From: Chlorokybus atmophyticus
Lineage: Eukaryota > Plantae > Mesostigma and Chlorokybus algae
Assembly: GCA_009103225.1 (NCBI GenBank)
Contig: RHPI01000810.1
Location: forward strand, 975,387-1,039,386
Length of the DNA stretch: 64,000 nucleotides
Direction: 5' to 3'
A program made the translations under genes and the position numbers. Position 1 is the stretch's first letter. Each line of letters starts with the position of its first letter. Positions 35,787-47,970 of this stretch are shown piece by piece. The notes beneath the pieces are model-generated. The model was not told where the DNA came from and ran no database searches. It saw only the letters and a program-made list of their open reading frames with translations.

Positions 35787-38700
35787 ATTTGCCTCTTACA
35801 TACAAGTGTGCACACACCAAGGACAAGTGCACCAAGCACGCCAACTATAGAGACAATGTGCGACCCACTGTGTTAAGCAGTATACAGTGTCTTATATACT
35901 ATGCTACTAAGCGCTAGTCAACTCTGGTCAAAGTCAACACTAGTCAACACTGGTCAATGGTCAAAGTCAACGGTCAAAGTAAAAGTTGACCATGGTTGAC
36001 CATAACTGCCGTAACTGCCGTAACTCTCCTAACTCTCGTAACTCTCGTAACTATAAAGATTAAGCTAATCGTACCAACTACATGTAGGCGCCACCTAGAC
36101 ATGTACTTTCGACAAGCTATAACATTTAACACTCCCACGCGAGCATCTTGACCTTGAACTCCAAGTTCTTCTCGCAAGCTTACCCACCTTACCTTACTCC
36201 ATTGAACACTCCCACGAATATGTTGCTCCCACGGACTTGATGCTTGTCTCCATGACACCATCCTTCTCCTCATGCTGCCAAAGGTTCCAATACTCCTTGA
36301 ACTCCTCACAAATGCTAGAAAGCAACTGCCACCGTGGCATGCTCCTCCTTGGTTGCCTCATCGTGGATCCTCTTCTGGCACTTGCGAATGAAGTGGCCCT
36401 TCATCTTTCAGTAGTGACACTCTTTGTCACGTGATGGCTTCCCACCACCTGCTTTGCTCCTGCTTCGTGTGTGTTGAGAAAATAAGGCAGCAAGTGCGAT
36501 AGGTTCTCCACTATATCTTTCGAACATCCAACTTGCCTTCCACAGCTAGCAGGCTTAGGCACTACATCAGCAAAACCACATCTGAGAACTACAACACAGT
36601 CACTAGCGTAGCAAAGCTCTTTCCTAAACCAGCTAAGACTGCCCACATTACCTCCTCTTCCTTCACATCGTGGCCCACTGCTACAAGGTCTTGCCAAAGC
36701 TCCCTTGCACGCGAGATGTACTTCTGGATTGGCTCTTTGTGCTCCATCTTCAGAAGTGTCAGCTTGCGTCTCAGCTGCAGCTTGCGCGAGTTGCTATTGG
36801 CCTTGAAGAGGGTGTCGAAGACCTCCCACGCCTCACGTCTAGTCTTGCAATCCGCAATAAGAGGGAGATGGAAGTCTTTAACGTGCAAGCCTATCAGCGC
36901 AAAAGCTGATTGTGAGTTCTCGATCCAGGTTTCAACGTCACCTGTTCTTGGCCGCAATTATGTGGAAGAGGTGGGGTCGACAAAACTCCAGGACTTCTTG
37001 CGGATCAGCACCAACTTCATCTTCAGCGACCATGAAGCGTAGTTGTGCAGATCAAGGGACTCGATGGGCATCCTATCTGTGTCAGCCGTTACTTGTTACA
37101 CAATAGTACAACTCACCCTCTTCCCAAGAACACTATACTAGTAGGTGCCTATGCTCAACACTTTCTCTCACTAGCACAAGCAATCACACAAGCGAGTGTG
37201 GGCCCATAACCTGTTGAGAACTAGTGATGCGCCTAGTGTGTGTATATTTGCCTCTTACATACAAGTGTGCACACATTAAGGACAAGTGCAGCAAGCACGC
37301 CAACTATAGAGACAATGTGCGACCCACTGTATTAAGCAGTATACAGTGTCTTACATACTATGCTACTAAGCACTGGTCAACTCTGGTCAACTCTGGTCAA
37401 AGTCAACACTAGTTAACACTGGTCAATGGTCAAAGTCAGTGGTCAAAGTCAAAGTTGACCATGGTTGACCATGACTGCCGTAACTGCCGTAACTCTCCTA
37501 ACTCTTGTAACTCCCGTAACTATAAAGGTTAAGCTGATCGTACCAATTACATGTAGGCGCCACCTATACATGTACTTTCAACAAGCTATAACATTTAACA
37601 GCAGGCAAGTATGGATTGGTTTACAACCACTGTTCTACCCATGATACACAGGTAGTAGCGGGACCATAGTTGCAACTGGCCTTGGATTTTCTTCACGACT
37701 GCTGCAGGGAGACCTATAGCGGCACCCGTAGCATAACATAGCAGCATCCCTATGTGCTAGCGCAGAGGCCCCAGCGCAGAGGAGGGGGGGAGCGGTGTGC
37801 AAGACTCAACATGATGCCTACCGACTTGCGATATTCAAGAAGAGAGTCCGAAGCAATAGTCCGCCATGATGCTTGTAAAATTCAATAACTGCACCAATCA
37901 TCGCAATGAGGATGGCCATGTCATCAAAAAAGGCATATCATCAACGCTCCCCCACATCTTTCATGTCGCATGCAGCACCCTCCTATATATCATCATCGGA
38001 GGGGAGAAGGCGGAGACCCATAAGAAAGGAAAAGGGACGTAGCATCTAGCCCAACGCTTCTGATGCAAGATTGAAGACAGAGTATGGCACCACTCAAGCG
38101 GAGGGGGGAGTGAGATTCTTCGTGATGCCCCCTTTGACCTGCCCGAGCAATGTGGAGCTGCAGCTATAGTGTAGCGTCTGCAGAACTTGAGGCATTAACG
38201 GGCGCAGTGGAGACATCCTTCATAAAATGTACCACCCAAACATCCAATGCGAAGGGGTTCTGTTGAGAGCTGAAAAGCGAGGAAACTTCATTCCATCAGA
38301 CCCACGAGGCCACCACCATTCCGCCCATCATGGTGCGCGGCTGACACCCGTGCTCCAGTGCATCTTCACGCTACAACAGCAGCGCGACCCCGGCAGAGCG
38401 AACGGCTGAGGGTGGGAAGGATGCATGCGCGTCACACCCAACCACAAGCACGAGCTCGCATATCGCAGCAGCAAGGAGTGGAAAAGCACCGTGGGCTGCT
38501 TGCCAAGAGATGCATTCCGAGCACACGAGGACGGAGGGTGTAACGGGAGCAATAATAATCAGGGTATTATTGCTACCTACATAACACATTCTGTATGAAT
38601 AAGTATATAATATATGCTTATTTATACCTCTTTTCTACGGTTCCTCGCTGAAAGGCTTGTCATAGGCGGTGTGGGTGTTGGGTAGAGGATTGAAGGGGCA

Positions 38701-41700
38701 TCACCGGCGACGGTGGTGCTGTTACAGAGGGGACCGAGAAGGTGAGGGTGCAGAGTGGTGCTGCCCAGCTGGTTCCCCGCCAATTCACCTGCTGCCGAGC
38801 GGCCCCCCCCCCCCCCCCCCCCCCCCCNCCGGAGCTGGCAGATGATCATCAGAAGTCATTGACCTCCACTCCTCAATTGCTCAAAGAAAGCGCAGGAAGA
38901 ACACCATGGTTGCACCGGTGACGAGGAGAAACCTCCACTCCCAGAGCGCCAGCCAGCAATGGTCCTCTCGTGCTGGCGTTAATATCCAGCGCGTCGACGA
39001 AAAGAAGAAAATGACGTATGCAACGTCCTTCTTCGTGCCCACTTGCACCCCAGTGTTGATGAGGGCATAGTCAATCTCCATTTCCTCATCTGCCGCCTTC
39101 AGAGACACCTCCACATGCCGCAGAGAGGCAAGGAGGTTGGTGTTAAGATGGACGTTGACAAGCATACACATGCACAAGTGCACACCACAACATCAGCGTT
39201 AGGAGACCACACAAGACCATCTGTTGCCATTATGTCCATGGGTTTTATACCCGCCAGCTATATATGCTTTTACTCTAGAAGGTACTGCATCTAGCACTCA
39301 ACCATAAATTAAGCTCCAAGTTGCTGCACGTAGCTAACTTTGAGAGCTTTTTCACAAGCTATAACACACGCCAAATAATCAAGTAACCATTGAGATACAA
39401 CCATTCTTCTACAGCGCCAAAGTCTCCAGACTCGCCGACGCACCTGGAACCTCTCCACTTGAGTCGCCTCAACCTTCTGGCGGCTATTCCTATGCAGAGG
39501 GCAAGTTGACCGGCTGACATAGATGGAAAAATATCCTCAACAGTTGGTGCGCAGCCACTCCCGAGGTGTGCGCATGTGCGAAGGGGGAAGAAGTTGGGTG
39601 CACATCAGCCCCAAACGCTGGCCAACCGAGGTAAGAAGGATATTGGAGGGGGGCTCCGCATTTAGCGTGCCAAAGCCTATGACTGGCACCACTAGTAGTC
39701 GGCTAGAGTATGCCAGGTCGGTAGTCACCCCAGCACTGCGAAGGCAGTCGAGCAAGGGCGGGGGAAAGAATGGACGGTGTCCTCCGCTGCCAGTGACGGA
39801 GGAGGAGAAGTTGTTCATCCACCTCCGAAAAGGCCTCCAGGTCTTCAAGGGTGGAGAAGACCTGCTGTTCATGCTCATCTTATCCGCGCAGCTGCGTACC
39901 GTTGGCGCAGTTGGAGGAGATGGGGTTGCTGCAGGCGTGTGCACGGGGTGGTCCGGCGCAAGAGCAGTAGTAGCACATGTTGGCTGAAGCCAGGAGCAAA
40001 TGGAGGGTTGCCTACTAGCTGAGCCGTGCGTGGGAAGCGGGAGTCGCCTCCACCTGTATCTCCTCGGCACGATCATCTCCCAACCATCTTCCATATCAGC
40101 AACGGACGGGAGACGTGCCGCCGGGAGGAGGGGGGGGGGNTTTTTGAGAAGAGGGCAACATTAATGTGTCTTCATCTTGCTGCAGAGAATCCTCCTGCGC
40201 CTCGATGCGAGTGACAGCAACCTGGCTCAGCAGATGAGAGGAGAGGGGGCCCATCTCAACAACCTCTGCATCTGCATTGCAATCAGCTGCCGGAGAGGGA
40301 GGGAGAGGAGAGTTTGCTGAAGGGGAGGCAGTTGCATGCGACTGAGAGTGGGTAGCATATTGATGCGACATAGACTCGGCTGGTCATCACCTGCCGAGGT
40401 GAGCACGCTTGTGTGCATGGGGCAGTTGGCACAAGTGTGACCTGGCTGTTGGCACCCAATGCAGGTCAGGGGAGATGAGGACGATAAAACATCCACCGTG
40501 TGCACCCTCAGCTGCCCTTCGTGCATTGTCTTAAATGCAATCTTTTTTGGAAGGACTGCATCCGGCTTGGGGTCGAAATGGAAACGGGATGAGCAGCTCG
40601 AAGGGAAGTTGGCCACCGACGAGAGGGAAGAGGAGGATCCGAGGTGACCATATGCCAAAATTGCAGGCTTTTTAGAATGGGAGAAGTTCCGGGTGTGCAC
40701 CGAGAAAGGAAATCCAAAATCTGGGTGCTTCGAGCTCCGACCAGCGGATGACACGAACATGCAAGTTGTTGCAGCGGGGGAGCTTGCCACGCATTGTACG
40801 AGTAATACATGGCATGTAACGCTCGTACACGCTGTCCGCACCTGCTACCGAAGAGAATACACACTAAAACTCTCCGGAGGGGAGGGAACATATGAAGTAT
40901 GGAAGACTACCCCCAGCCCCTTCCGAGCAAACATCGCGCAACCATGCCACACGGACACTAGCTGCATTCCCTAAGCCTAACGACTACTAGAACACGAAGA
41001 CAAGTGCGAAGGACGCGAGCCTGGACTGCCATGTGTCATATGCATCAAGAGAAACATTAACCTCCATGACACATGCATCCGCGAGAAGGGGAGAGCAAGG
41101 AGGTACAACAGACGATGCAGCCACCAAGTGGGAAAGTAACTTAGCTGCGTTGGGTGAGCCCCCCTTCAAGAGGCCAGACGCTGGGCGTGCAGTGCCCCGC
41201 AGGGCGGAGGGGAAAGCCTGCGATCTCTAGGCGCTTTGATTGTCCTCGAAAATGCGCAGAATCCGGGGTGGGCGGAGCAGCGGAGGTGAGAGGGGGAAAG
41301 GCTGACCCGCCGGGGCCGTCTAACCCCTCCATCTCGTGTGGTCCGCCGACATGGCCATCCTGTGTCCGAATCGGACGCTGATTAATTGGCCAAAAATAGA
41401 AAAACATCAGAAAGATGGGGCTGGGCGGGCAGGGGAGCAGGATTAGAGCGGATCATCCTCCCCGCTCCGTGCCCCACCTACCCCCCGCAATCCACATCTT
41501 CCCCCGCCACGTCCTAATGAGCAAGTCCGCCGCCGCTCCATTGCTACGGCTATTGGCTGCCGATAGCCAACTGTTCAAGATGCAAAAATTGTGGCGGCTA
41601 CCTTGTGCGGTCAAAGGCATCTTTGAACGTAAACAACAATAACAGTAATTCAAACTTGATATGTCATTTTCATCATACATAATGAGTCTAATAATTTACG

Positions 41701-42187
41701 CAATATTGGTTTTATTACGATAGCAACATGCACTAAACGCATTGCGTACTATGCAACAACAGAAGATACGTTGGCATCGCGCTATTGCTAACAGGCAGGT
41801 CGCAGTGTGATCATGATTCGGCCTGAAACCACCAACCCCAATTGCACCAATTAAAGTCAAAAATTCAATCGTCGCCCACCCGAATAACTGATAGGTAGTG
41901 CTAAGTGCGATTGGACACAACAAAGATGACATTATCACACCAGGTATCGTACAACGCAGTATGCAAACAAATCGCCCAAACTCCGACATGTCATGAGCAG
42001 ATAGACCTTAATACACGGATGCTGGATGCTAAAAAGCTTGCTTGGTTAGCGTAGTACGTTATCTTTAAGCTCCGCTGCAGGTTAGTACGACATCATTCTA
42101 CATGTGCACCAATGGCTTTTAACCGCAACTTGTTGTTGAACACGCAGTGCGGGCGTTGATGAAGACATTAAATCTCAAGCAATGCTT

Positions 42188-42286
42188 AAATGTTTATGCT
42201 GGGGGTGGTGGGTGCTGAGCACCCACCACCCCCAGCACAAACATTTAATGAAGGCAGGGAGTGGTGGGTGCTGAGCACCCACCACT
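42188..42286. repeat. Two adjacent palindromes with the core GGTGGGTGCT-G-AGCACCCACC
   Basis: 29-bp arms, 1 mismatch, 1-nt loop (42188-42246); 13-bp perfect arms (42260-42286). Confidence 0.85.
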
Positions 42287-44144
42287 TTCTTAGCCTCTAC
42301 TATTGCCAGCGTCAATGCAAAGGGAGTGTTATTTTCACATACCATCATAGTTACAGGTTGTATAATACAACCTGTGTTATGGTGTGTTCAAAGTTGGCAC
42401 CGCAAATCTTTTGTGTGCATGCATGCATGTAAATTGATGTAAAATCAAGAAACTTGCACATACGCATGTCCACATCAAGTCCGTAATATAAGCCAAAACT
42501 GTGACAGTGCAAGTGTGCACACGTATACATGCTCGCTAACATACTTGTTATGTGCGTAATGAATTTACAAAGTCAAGTTTTTCTCATGCACCGTGGTAAC
42601 ACATACGTTCAATGTGGGTTGTAACTTACAACCCACACTAATTTGTGAGACTTATTTCTCAATCCAACTGTTTGTTATTGTGATCTTTTGAGTTAAGGAA
42701 ATGCGTTGGCGATTGGGTTGTCGCAAGCCGCAATACCACACTGAATTTTCAACCCAAGCTACTTTACAACAAACTTTAATGTCGCAGTATGTGTGTCACC
42801 ACGATGAATCTATTTGGAACATAAAAGGTAACCGTGCCATGCTATAGCACATGCGTACGTGTACATGCTCACTAACATACTTGTTATGATGTGCGTAAAG
42901 TGCGTACATGCGAGCAACATCTCAAACTTGATTATGTGGGCGCAAGTACGTATATCACGCATATGTGTTTGCTATTACGTTTTTATGCTATTGCAAAGTA
43001 CGTAGCCTACCATTGGCAATGGCAACATGCTCAATTTATAATGTGTTAATCTATAACTACCCACTGAATCATGCTGTGCTGCGGTTTATAAAAAAACATT
43101 ATTAGTATTATTAGTATAAGGGTTCTACATTAATAAATTGTCATAATAAATTTTCTCGTGTAGGCTTTAAGATTTCACTTGCAATTATACATGGCACGAT
43201 TATTAATAAATACCAAACAGTTTGCAATTGATCGCGTAAAAAGTCCGATTACCGGTACTGTCTATATGTTTAATGCGAGTATTATAGATAATACATTATA
43301 TATCCTATTGGAAAAGATTTTGGTGCTTAAATGATGTGATTAATGACTTGCGCTTATGTATTGTGTGTGTGACACACTTTATCGAAGTTCCGCCGCACGT
43401 GGCGGCCAGTGTGGTAAGGTGGTTAAGCTTGGGGCATGGTTGCATACAATGAAGTTAGTTACAAATCGGCGATAGCAAATTGTGGAATGCATTGTCACAT
43501 GACAAACTGAATCCGTATCATACGTAATTAAAAATGTATGAACATGCTCGTGTTTATGTCATGTCGCATGCGTATTATGTATCATGCAATTATGTGCGCA
43601 ACGATGCATCGTTGTGCGTCATGTTAATGGTGGGGGACAATGATTTATAGTTGCATTTGTGATTGCCCATTAAGCCACCGGCGGTTAAAATCCATATGAA
43701 CCTCATACCAATAATGCATACGCTGGCTTTGTCTTGCATAAATCACATCGTGTACATGAACATGTGCTGGAAAGGACATACAAAACAAGCAGATCATATG
43801 TCTCACCTACTGCCCCACCCCATGGAGAATGCGTTCATGCACGCGTGCCTTCGCGGTTGTAATACTCAACACCGCTAGCCATATACTTGCTCAATGACTT
43901 CAAGCCGTACGAGTTCAATTAATTAAATTAAGCGCCCATGACCTCTATCACTCATATGATAGCCCCTTGCGCCCATGGAGCTTTAAACACCATAGCCACC
44001 TTTAGGTCGAGGGCACATTTTGACTCAATGAGTCACAAAAAAATGTTGAATTGCTTCAAATGTTAGCACGACAGCACCACTCTTGGCATGCGTGGCGGGT
44101 GTGATTATCTGGTTAACAACAAGCAAAATTAAAATACAGCCGCC

Positions 44145-44410
44145 AGCTCTTAGTTGGGTGGTTCCAGCAATGCTGGATGCTCCGGGGCCAACCGATGACG
44201 GTTGTACAAATCCCAAAAGATGGTGAGGGTCTCTTCGGTGATGCGAAGGGTGCGGAAGTCGTGGCCCAGCTCCTAACGCGGGCTCCTGGTTGGGTGGTTC
44301 CAGCAATGCTGGACGCTCCGGGGCCAACCGACGACGGTTGTACAGATCCCGGAACATGGTGAGGGTTTCGTCGGTGATGCAAAGGGTGCGGAAGTCGTGG
44401 CCAGCTCCTC
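44145..44410. repeat. Tandem duplication, two units, period about 136 bp
   Basis: GTTGGGTGGTTCCAGCAATGCTGGA at 44153 and 44289 with continued similarity. Confidence 0.85.
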
Positions 44411-45286
44411 ACAATTGAGAACCGCATCCTCCCCATTTTTGAGCACTCAAACATAAGTGCTCAAAAAGGGGAGCATGCGGTTTTGTTAATGAGAAGGCCA
44501 CGGCTGTGACGGCCAGGCTTGTCAAGTTACAGGCTTGTTGTTTTGCCCCCTATATGTTGTACAGCTCTCATATCAAAGAGGGGTAAGCTTCAAGCTTTAA
44601 CAGCTCACCGCTTTTTTGAATGAGGGTTCTAGGTAAGGAGTAAGGTACTAAGGACTAAGGTAAGAAAACTATACACCGCTTTTGGTGTTTGTCGGGGGCA
44701 TCTTCAAAGTACACTTTCCGAATCTTCATTCCGTTACCACCGCACTCATTGCGACAGGGACAGGTGTCGTACGAGGAGGGACTGTCGCGCGCGCGATCGG
44801 TCACGTCATCGCGCGACAGGCGGGCGACGCGCGGCGACCTGCGTGTCATGCCTATCCACTCCCTCGCCCACCCCCCCTAACGGCTCTCGCGCGCAATCTC
44901 TGCCTCTCCGGAGATTCAGCCGACCAGTCCTGTTCGCAGCCGGGACTGTGCGCGCGAAACCGCCTGCTGTCTCCCGGGTCCCGAGCGGGGAACCTGCTAG
45001 GTCCCGGCATCGGCAGTCGTTGTTTTGGCGGGTCGCGTCCGTCGGCGTATGCGTACGGACGTCGCCCGGCCGCGGGGTGTAGGGCGCCGGGCGCAGCGTG
45101 CGAGTGAGCATGTGTGTCGACCCACGTGCTGATGATGACTGATGGCTTGCTTGCTTGCGGGGCAGGTCAATCGTTGTGCTCTGCCCGGCTCTGCTCTGCT
45201 CTGAGCAGTGTGGTGCAAGTCAAGGGGGCAAGGGCGGCGGCGACGGTGGCCTTGGCGGCGCAAGTGTAGGCGCAAGAGCAACTGGG

Positions 45287-47296
45287 ATGGCTGCCGAGGA
45301 GACTCGGGGAGGAGATGCGCCGCTCACAGCGGCAGAGGCTGCTGCGCCTTCGCTGTCCCCTCCGCCTGCGCCTGCTCCCCCTCCTCCACCGCCGCCGCCG
45401 CTTGCGTCGGCGGCAGCAGCAGCAGCTGCATATGGAGGTTCGGGAAATAGAAGCGTGTATGTCGGTAACTTGCCGGCAGACTGCAGCGAGGAGGTTTTGA
45501 CTGAGCTCGCTGCCAAGGCGGGCCCTGTCCTGCGAGTCAACATCGTCCGGAGCAAGGACGAGTCTGGAGGCTGCAAGGTGTTTGGCTTCGTGGAGTACTC
45601 GAGTCATGACGACGCCAAGGCCGCGCTGGAGTTGCTTCCTCACGACAAAATGTGAGTGCAACTAGTTCCTCCCACCCTCTTTGTGATTGGCATTGGGAGC
45701 CTGCATCCATCCATCCATCCATCCATCCATCCATCCATCTATGTACTCACCGCGACACTGCTTCTCTCTCCACAGCATGGACCACACTGTGACCATTGGT
45801 TGGGCGAGAGGCTCCAAGTACCAACACCACCACTACCACCATCATCATCATCCCCACCACCTGCACGGCTACCCCCACCACCCTCACCAGTACCCTCAGA
45901 GGCAGCACCCTCCTCCACCCCACCACCACGGCAACGGCGGCGTCAACGGCGCTCCCGGCTCGCACGCCTCGTCGGACGCAGGAGGGGACAGCGCCGCCAC
46001 GGCACACTCAGAGGACAGCAACAGCAATACCAGCAACACGCAGCTGTTCATCGGAGACCTTGCTGCCGACGTCGACCAGGAGATGCTGCACGCCGCGTTC
46101 ATGGGATTCGGGGAATGCATGTGAGAAGAGTTTATCTGCTGCCTGCTGTAGCAGCTGTTGTATGCTTGTTGTCAACGTAGTTGGTCATGTTGTTTTGGAT
46201 GTTGTGTGATGTGCGTGTCAACTGTGTGATTGCTGCAGGGATTACAGGGTCATCATGGACAGGACGACCCATGTCTCAAAGAAGTACGGCTTTGTCCGGT
46301 TTAAGAACCACGAAGATGCCCAGCGTGCACTGGAGAGTATGCACGGTAAGCTGATGACAATGCCTCCAAGCCCACACATGCCTCCATTCCGCACAGCACT
46401 GTTGGTGTCATCACAATCACACACGCACGCGCTTACGTGCATTAACGCATGTGCGCACGATTGCAGGACAATGGCTAGGTTCTCGGCAGATCCGTTGCAG
46501 CTGGGCCAACCCGCCGAAGAGCGACGGCGGTGGCGCCAACGCGGTCCCCGTGGACAACTCCACCAACACGACGGTGTACGTGGGGCCGGACCTGGCGTTG
46601 GACGTGACGGCGGAGCTGGTGCGCGCTCTCTTCACCCAGTTTGGCGACGTGGAGGACGTGCGGCTGCAGGACAAGCAAGGAAAGCGTTTCGGGTTCGTGC
46701 GTTTCATCACCCACGACGCCGCGCAGGCCGCCATCTCCGCGATGCACGGCTACACGCTCTCTGGCCGCGTCCTCAAGTGCGACTGGGGGAAAGACCCCAA
46801 CCAGCAAGCCGCCGCACGTCACAACCTGCTCGCGCACATCAACCACAAGTACCGCCACCACCACGCGGCGGTGCACTTTGCTGCGGGAGCCGGCGCGCAC
46901 AACCTCAGCCTGGCGGCCACTTACCCGATGCACGCGTACCCCGCGTACACGCCGTGGCACGCCGCCGCCGCCGCCGCAGCAGCTATGCATCATCCCGGCG
47001 CGCACAGCTTCCCGCACACAGCAGCCACCCAACCCGCGCTCTACCCCGCAGCTGCCGCGTACGACATGTCCCCCGCCGCCGCGGGGATCATGCACGACGC
47101 CGCCGCTGCCGCCCCCGTGTACGCATACGCGCCATACCACCACCACCACCAGCACGCAATGTTCTCGCCAGCACTCGGTACGTGGGACATGCGCTTTGTT
47201 GTGTGTCAGGGTGTTCAACAGGTTGCACGTGTTGACACACGTATGTGCTTGTGCGCAGGTGCTGAGCACTATGGCGTGGAGCTCTGGCAGGCGTAA
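45287..47296 (+). CDS. TIA-1/UBP1/RBP45-like RNA-binding protein, three RRMs; exons 45287-45651, 45776-46120, 46239-46345, 46467-47177, 47259-47296
   Basis: RNP motifs SVYVGNL/KVFGFVEY, QLFIGDL/KKYGFVRF, TVYVG/KRFGFVRF; GQWLGSRQIRCSWA typical of TIA-1/UBP1 RRM2; all introns GT-AG and frame-consistent. Confidence 0.88.
45704..45739. repeat. (CATC)9 microsatellite in intron 1
   Basis: Seen directly. Confidence 0.95.
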
Positions 47297-47970
47297 GCGC
47301 GAGTGGAAATTTCAGCCACCCTCAGTTGAGCACAATGCTTGCGTGTGTGTCATGAGAAGAGAGTGACACCCAAAGCAGCAGCAGTTGAGAGTAGGGGTAG
47401 CTGGCCAGTTGTAGCAGGGCTAGGGGCTAGGCTACCACTGCATCAGGGGTAGCTGACAGCGTAGTTGTTGGCGCATCATGTGCACCCGCACAGTCACACT
47501 GGCTGTGCGCGTGCAGCCGCGCATCATGTGTAGGGCTCGTGTCGCTTTGTGCGCGTATGTGTTTGTGTGTGTCGTTGTTGTGTAGTTTGATGTGGCGTGT
47601 AGCGTGAAACAAGGACAATTGCAGAGACAATGATTTGATTTATTGAAGGGATTTGCCCACGTGTTGCTGCTTTGTCCTTGGTTGTTCGCGTTGTATGCTT
47701 GCACTGCAAGTTTGCCCCCAGCGTCATAGTACACTTGCACTCTCTTTGCCTGTCTCTTGACCTAATGCATGCGCACCATAGTAGTATCCAACCTCTGATA
47801 TGTCGAATTGTTCAGCAACGTCAAGTATTGTCGCCTGATCAGTGAGTCGCATTCTCGCACCAAATGACATTGTGTCTGTAGTACTCGCAACATGACAAGA
47901 CCGAGACGCTGTCTACCACATCTACCGCTACCACTGGCTTCACCACAACGTAAAGTCCTAATAATGTCTG

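Larger units (their letters stand above)
33419..37600 (-). mobile_element. Degenerate gag-only element (5' LTR 37212-37600; 3' LTR split into 33419-33457 and 35787-36131)
   Basis: TSD GCAGG at 33414-33418 and 37601-37605; gag start mutated to ACG, internal deletions. Confidence 0.92.
31570..41560 (-). mobile_element. Decayed L1-like LINE (ORF1-like about 41200-39540, endonuclease about 39230-38830, RT about 38790-37601, post-RT 33418-31600), split by a 4.2-kb LTR insertion
   Basis: CIGCQQPGHTCANC knuckle (40422-40463); GRTVVVNQSILAC|LW rejoined across TSD GCAGG; CLPKDAGGLGILD...ALLAKW; CLACGEEPVESILHVFATC...W (zf-RVT-like). Ends approximate. Confidence 0.8.

Noticed and set aside
273-37600. 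Regularly recurring repeats suggesting a CRISPR array
   Set aside because: Eukaryotic context; repeats are LTRs, LTR sub-repeats or a spacer-less 46-bp minisatellite; no cas genes.
44600-44660. Helitron 3' end at TTCTAG after the 44420 hairpin
   Set aside because: Hairpin is about 140 bp away, CTAG is not followed by T, and no 5' TC end or Rep/helicase remnant was identified.
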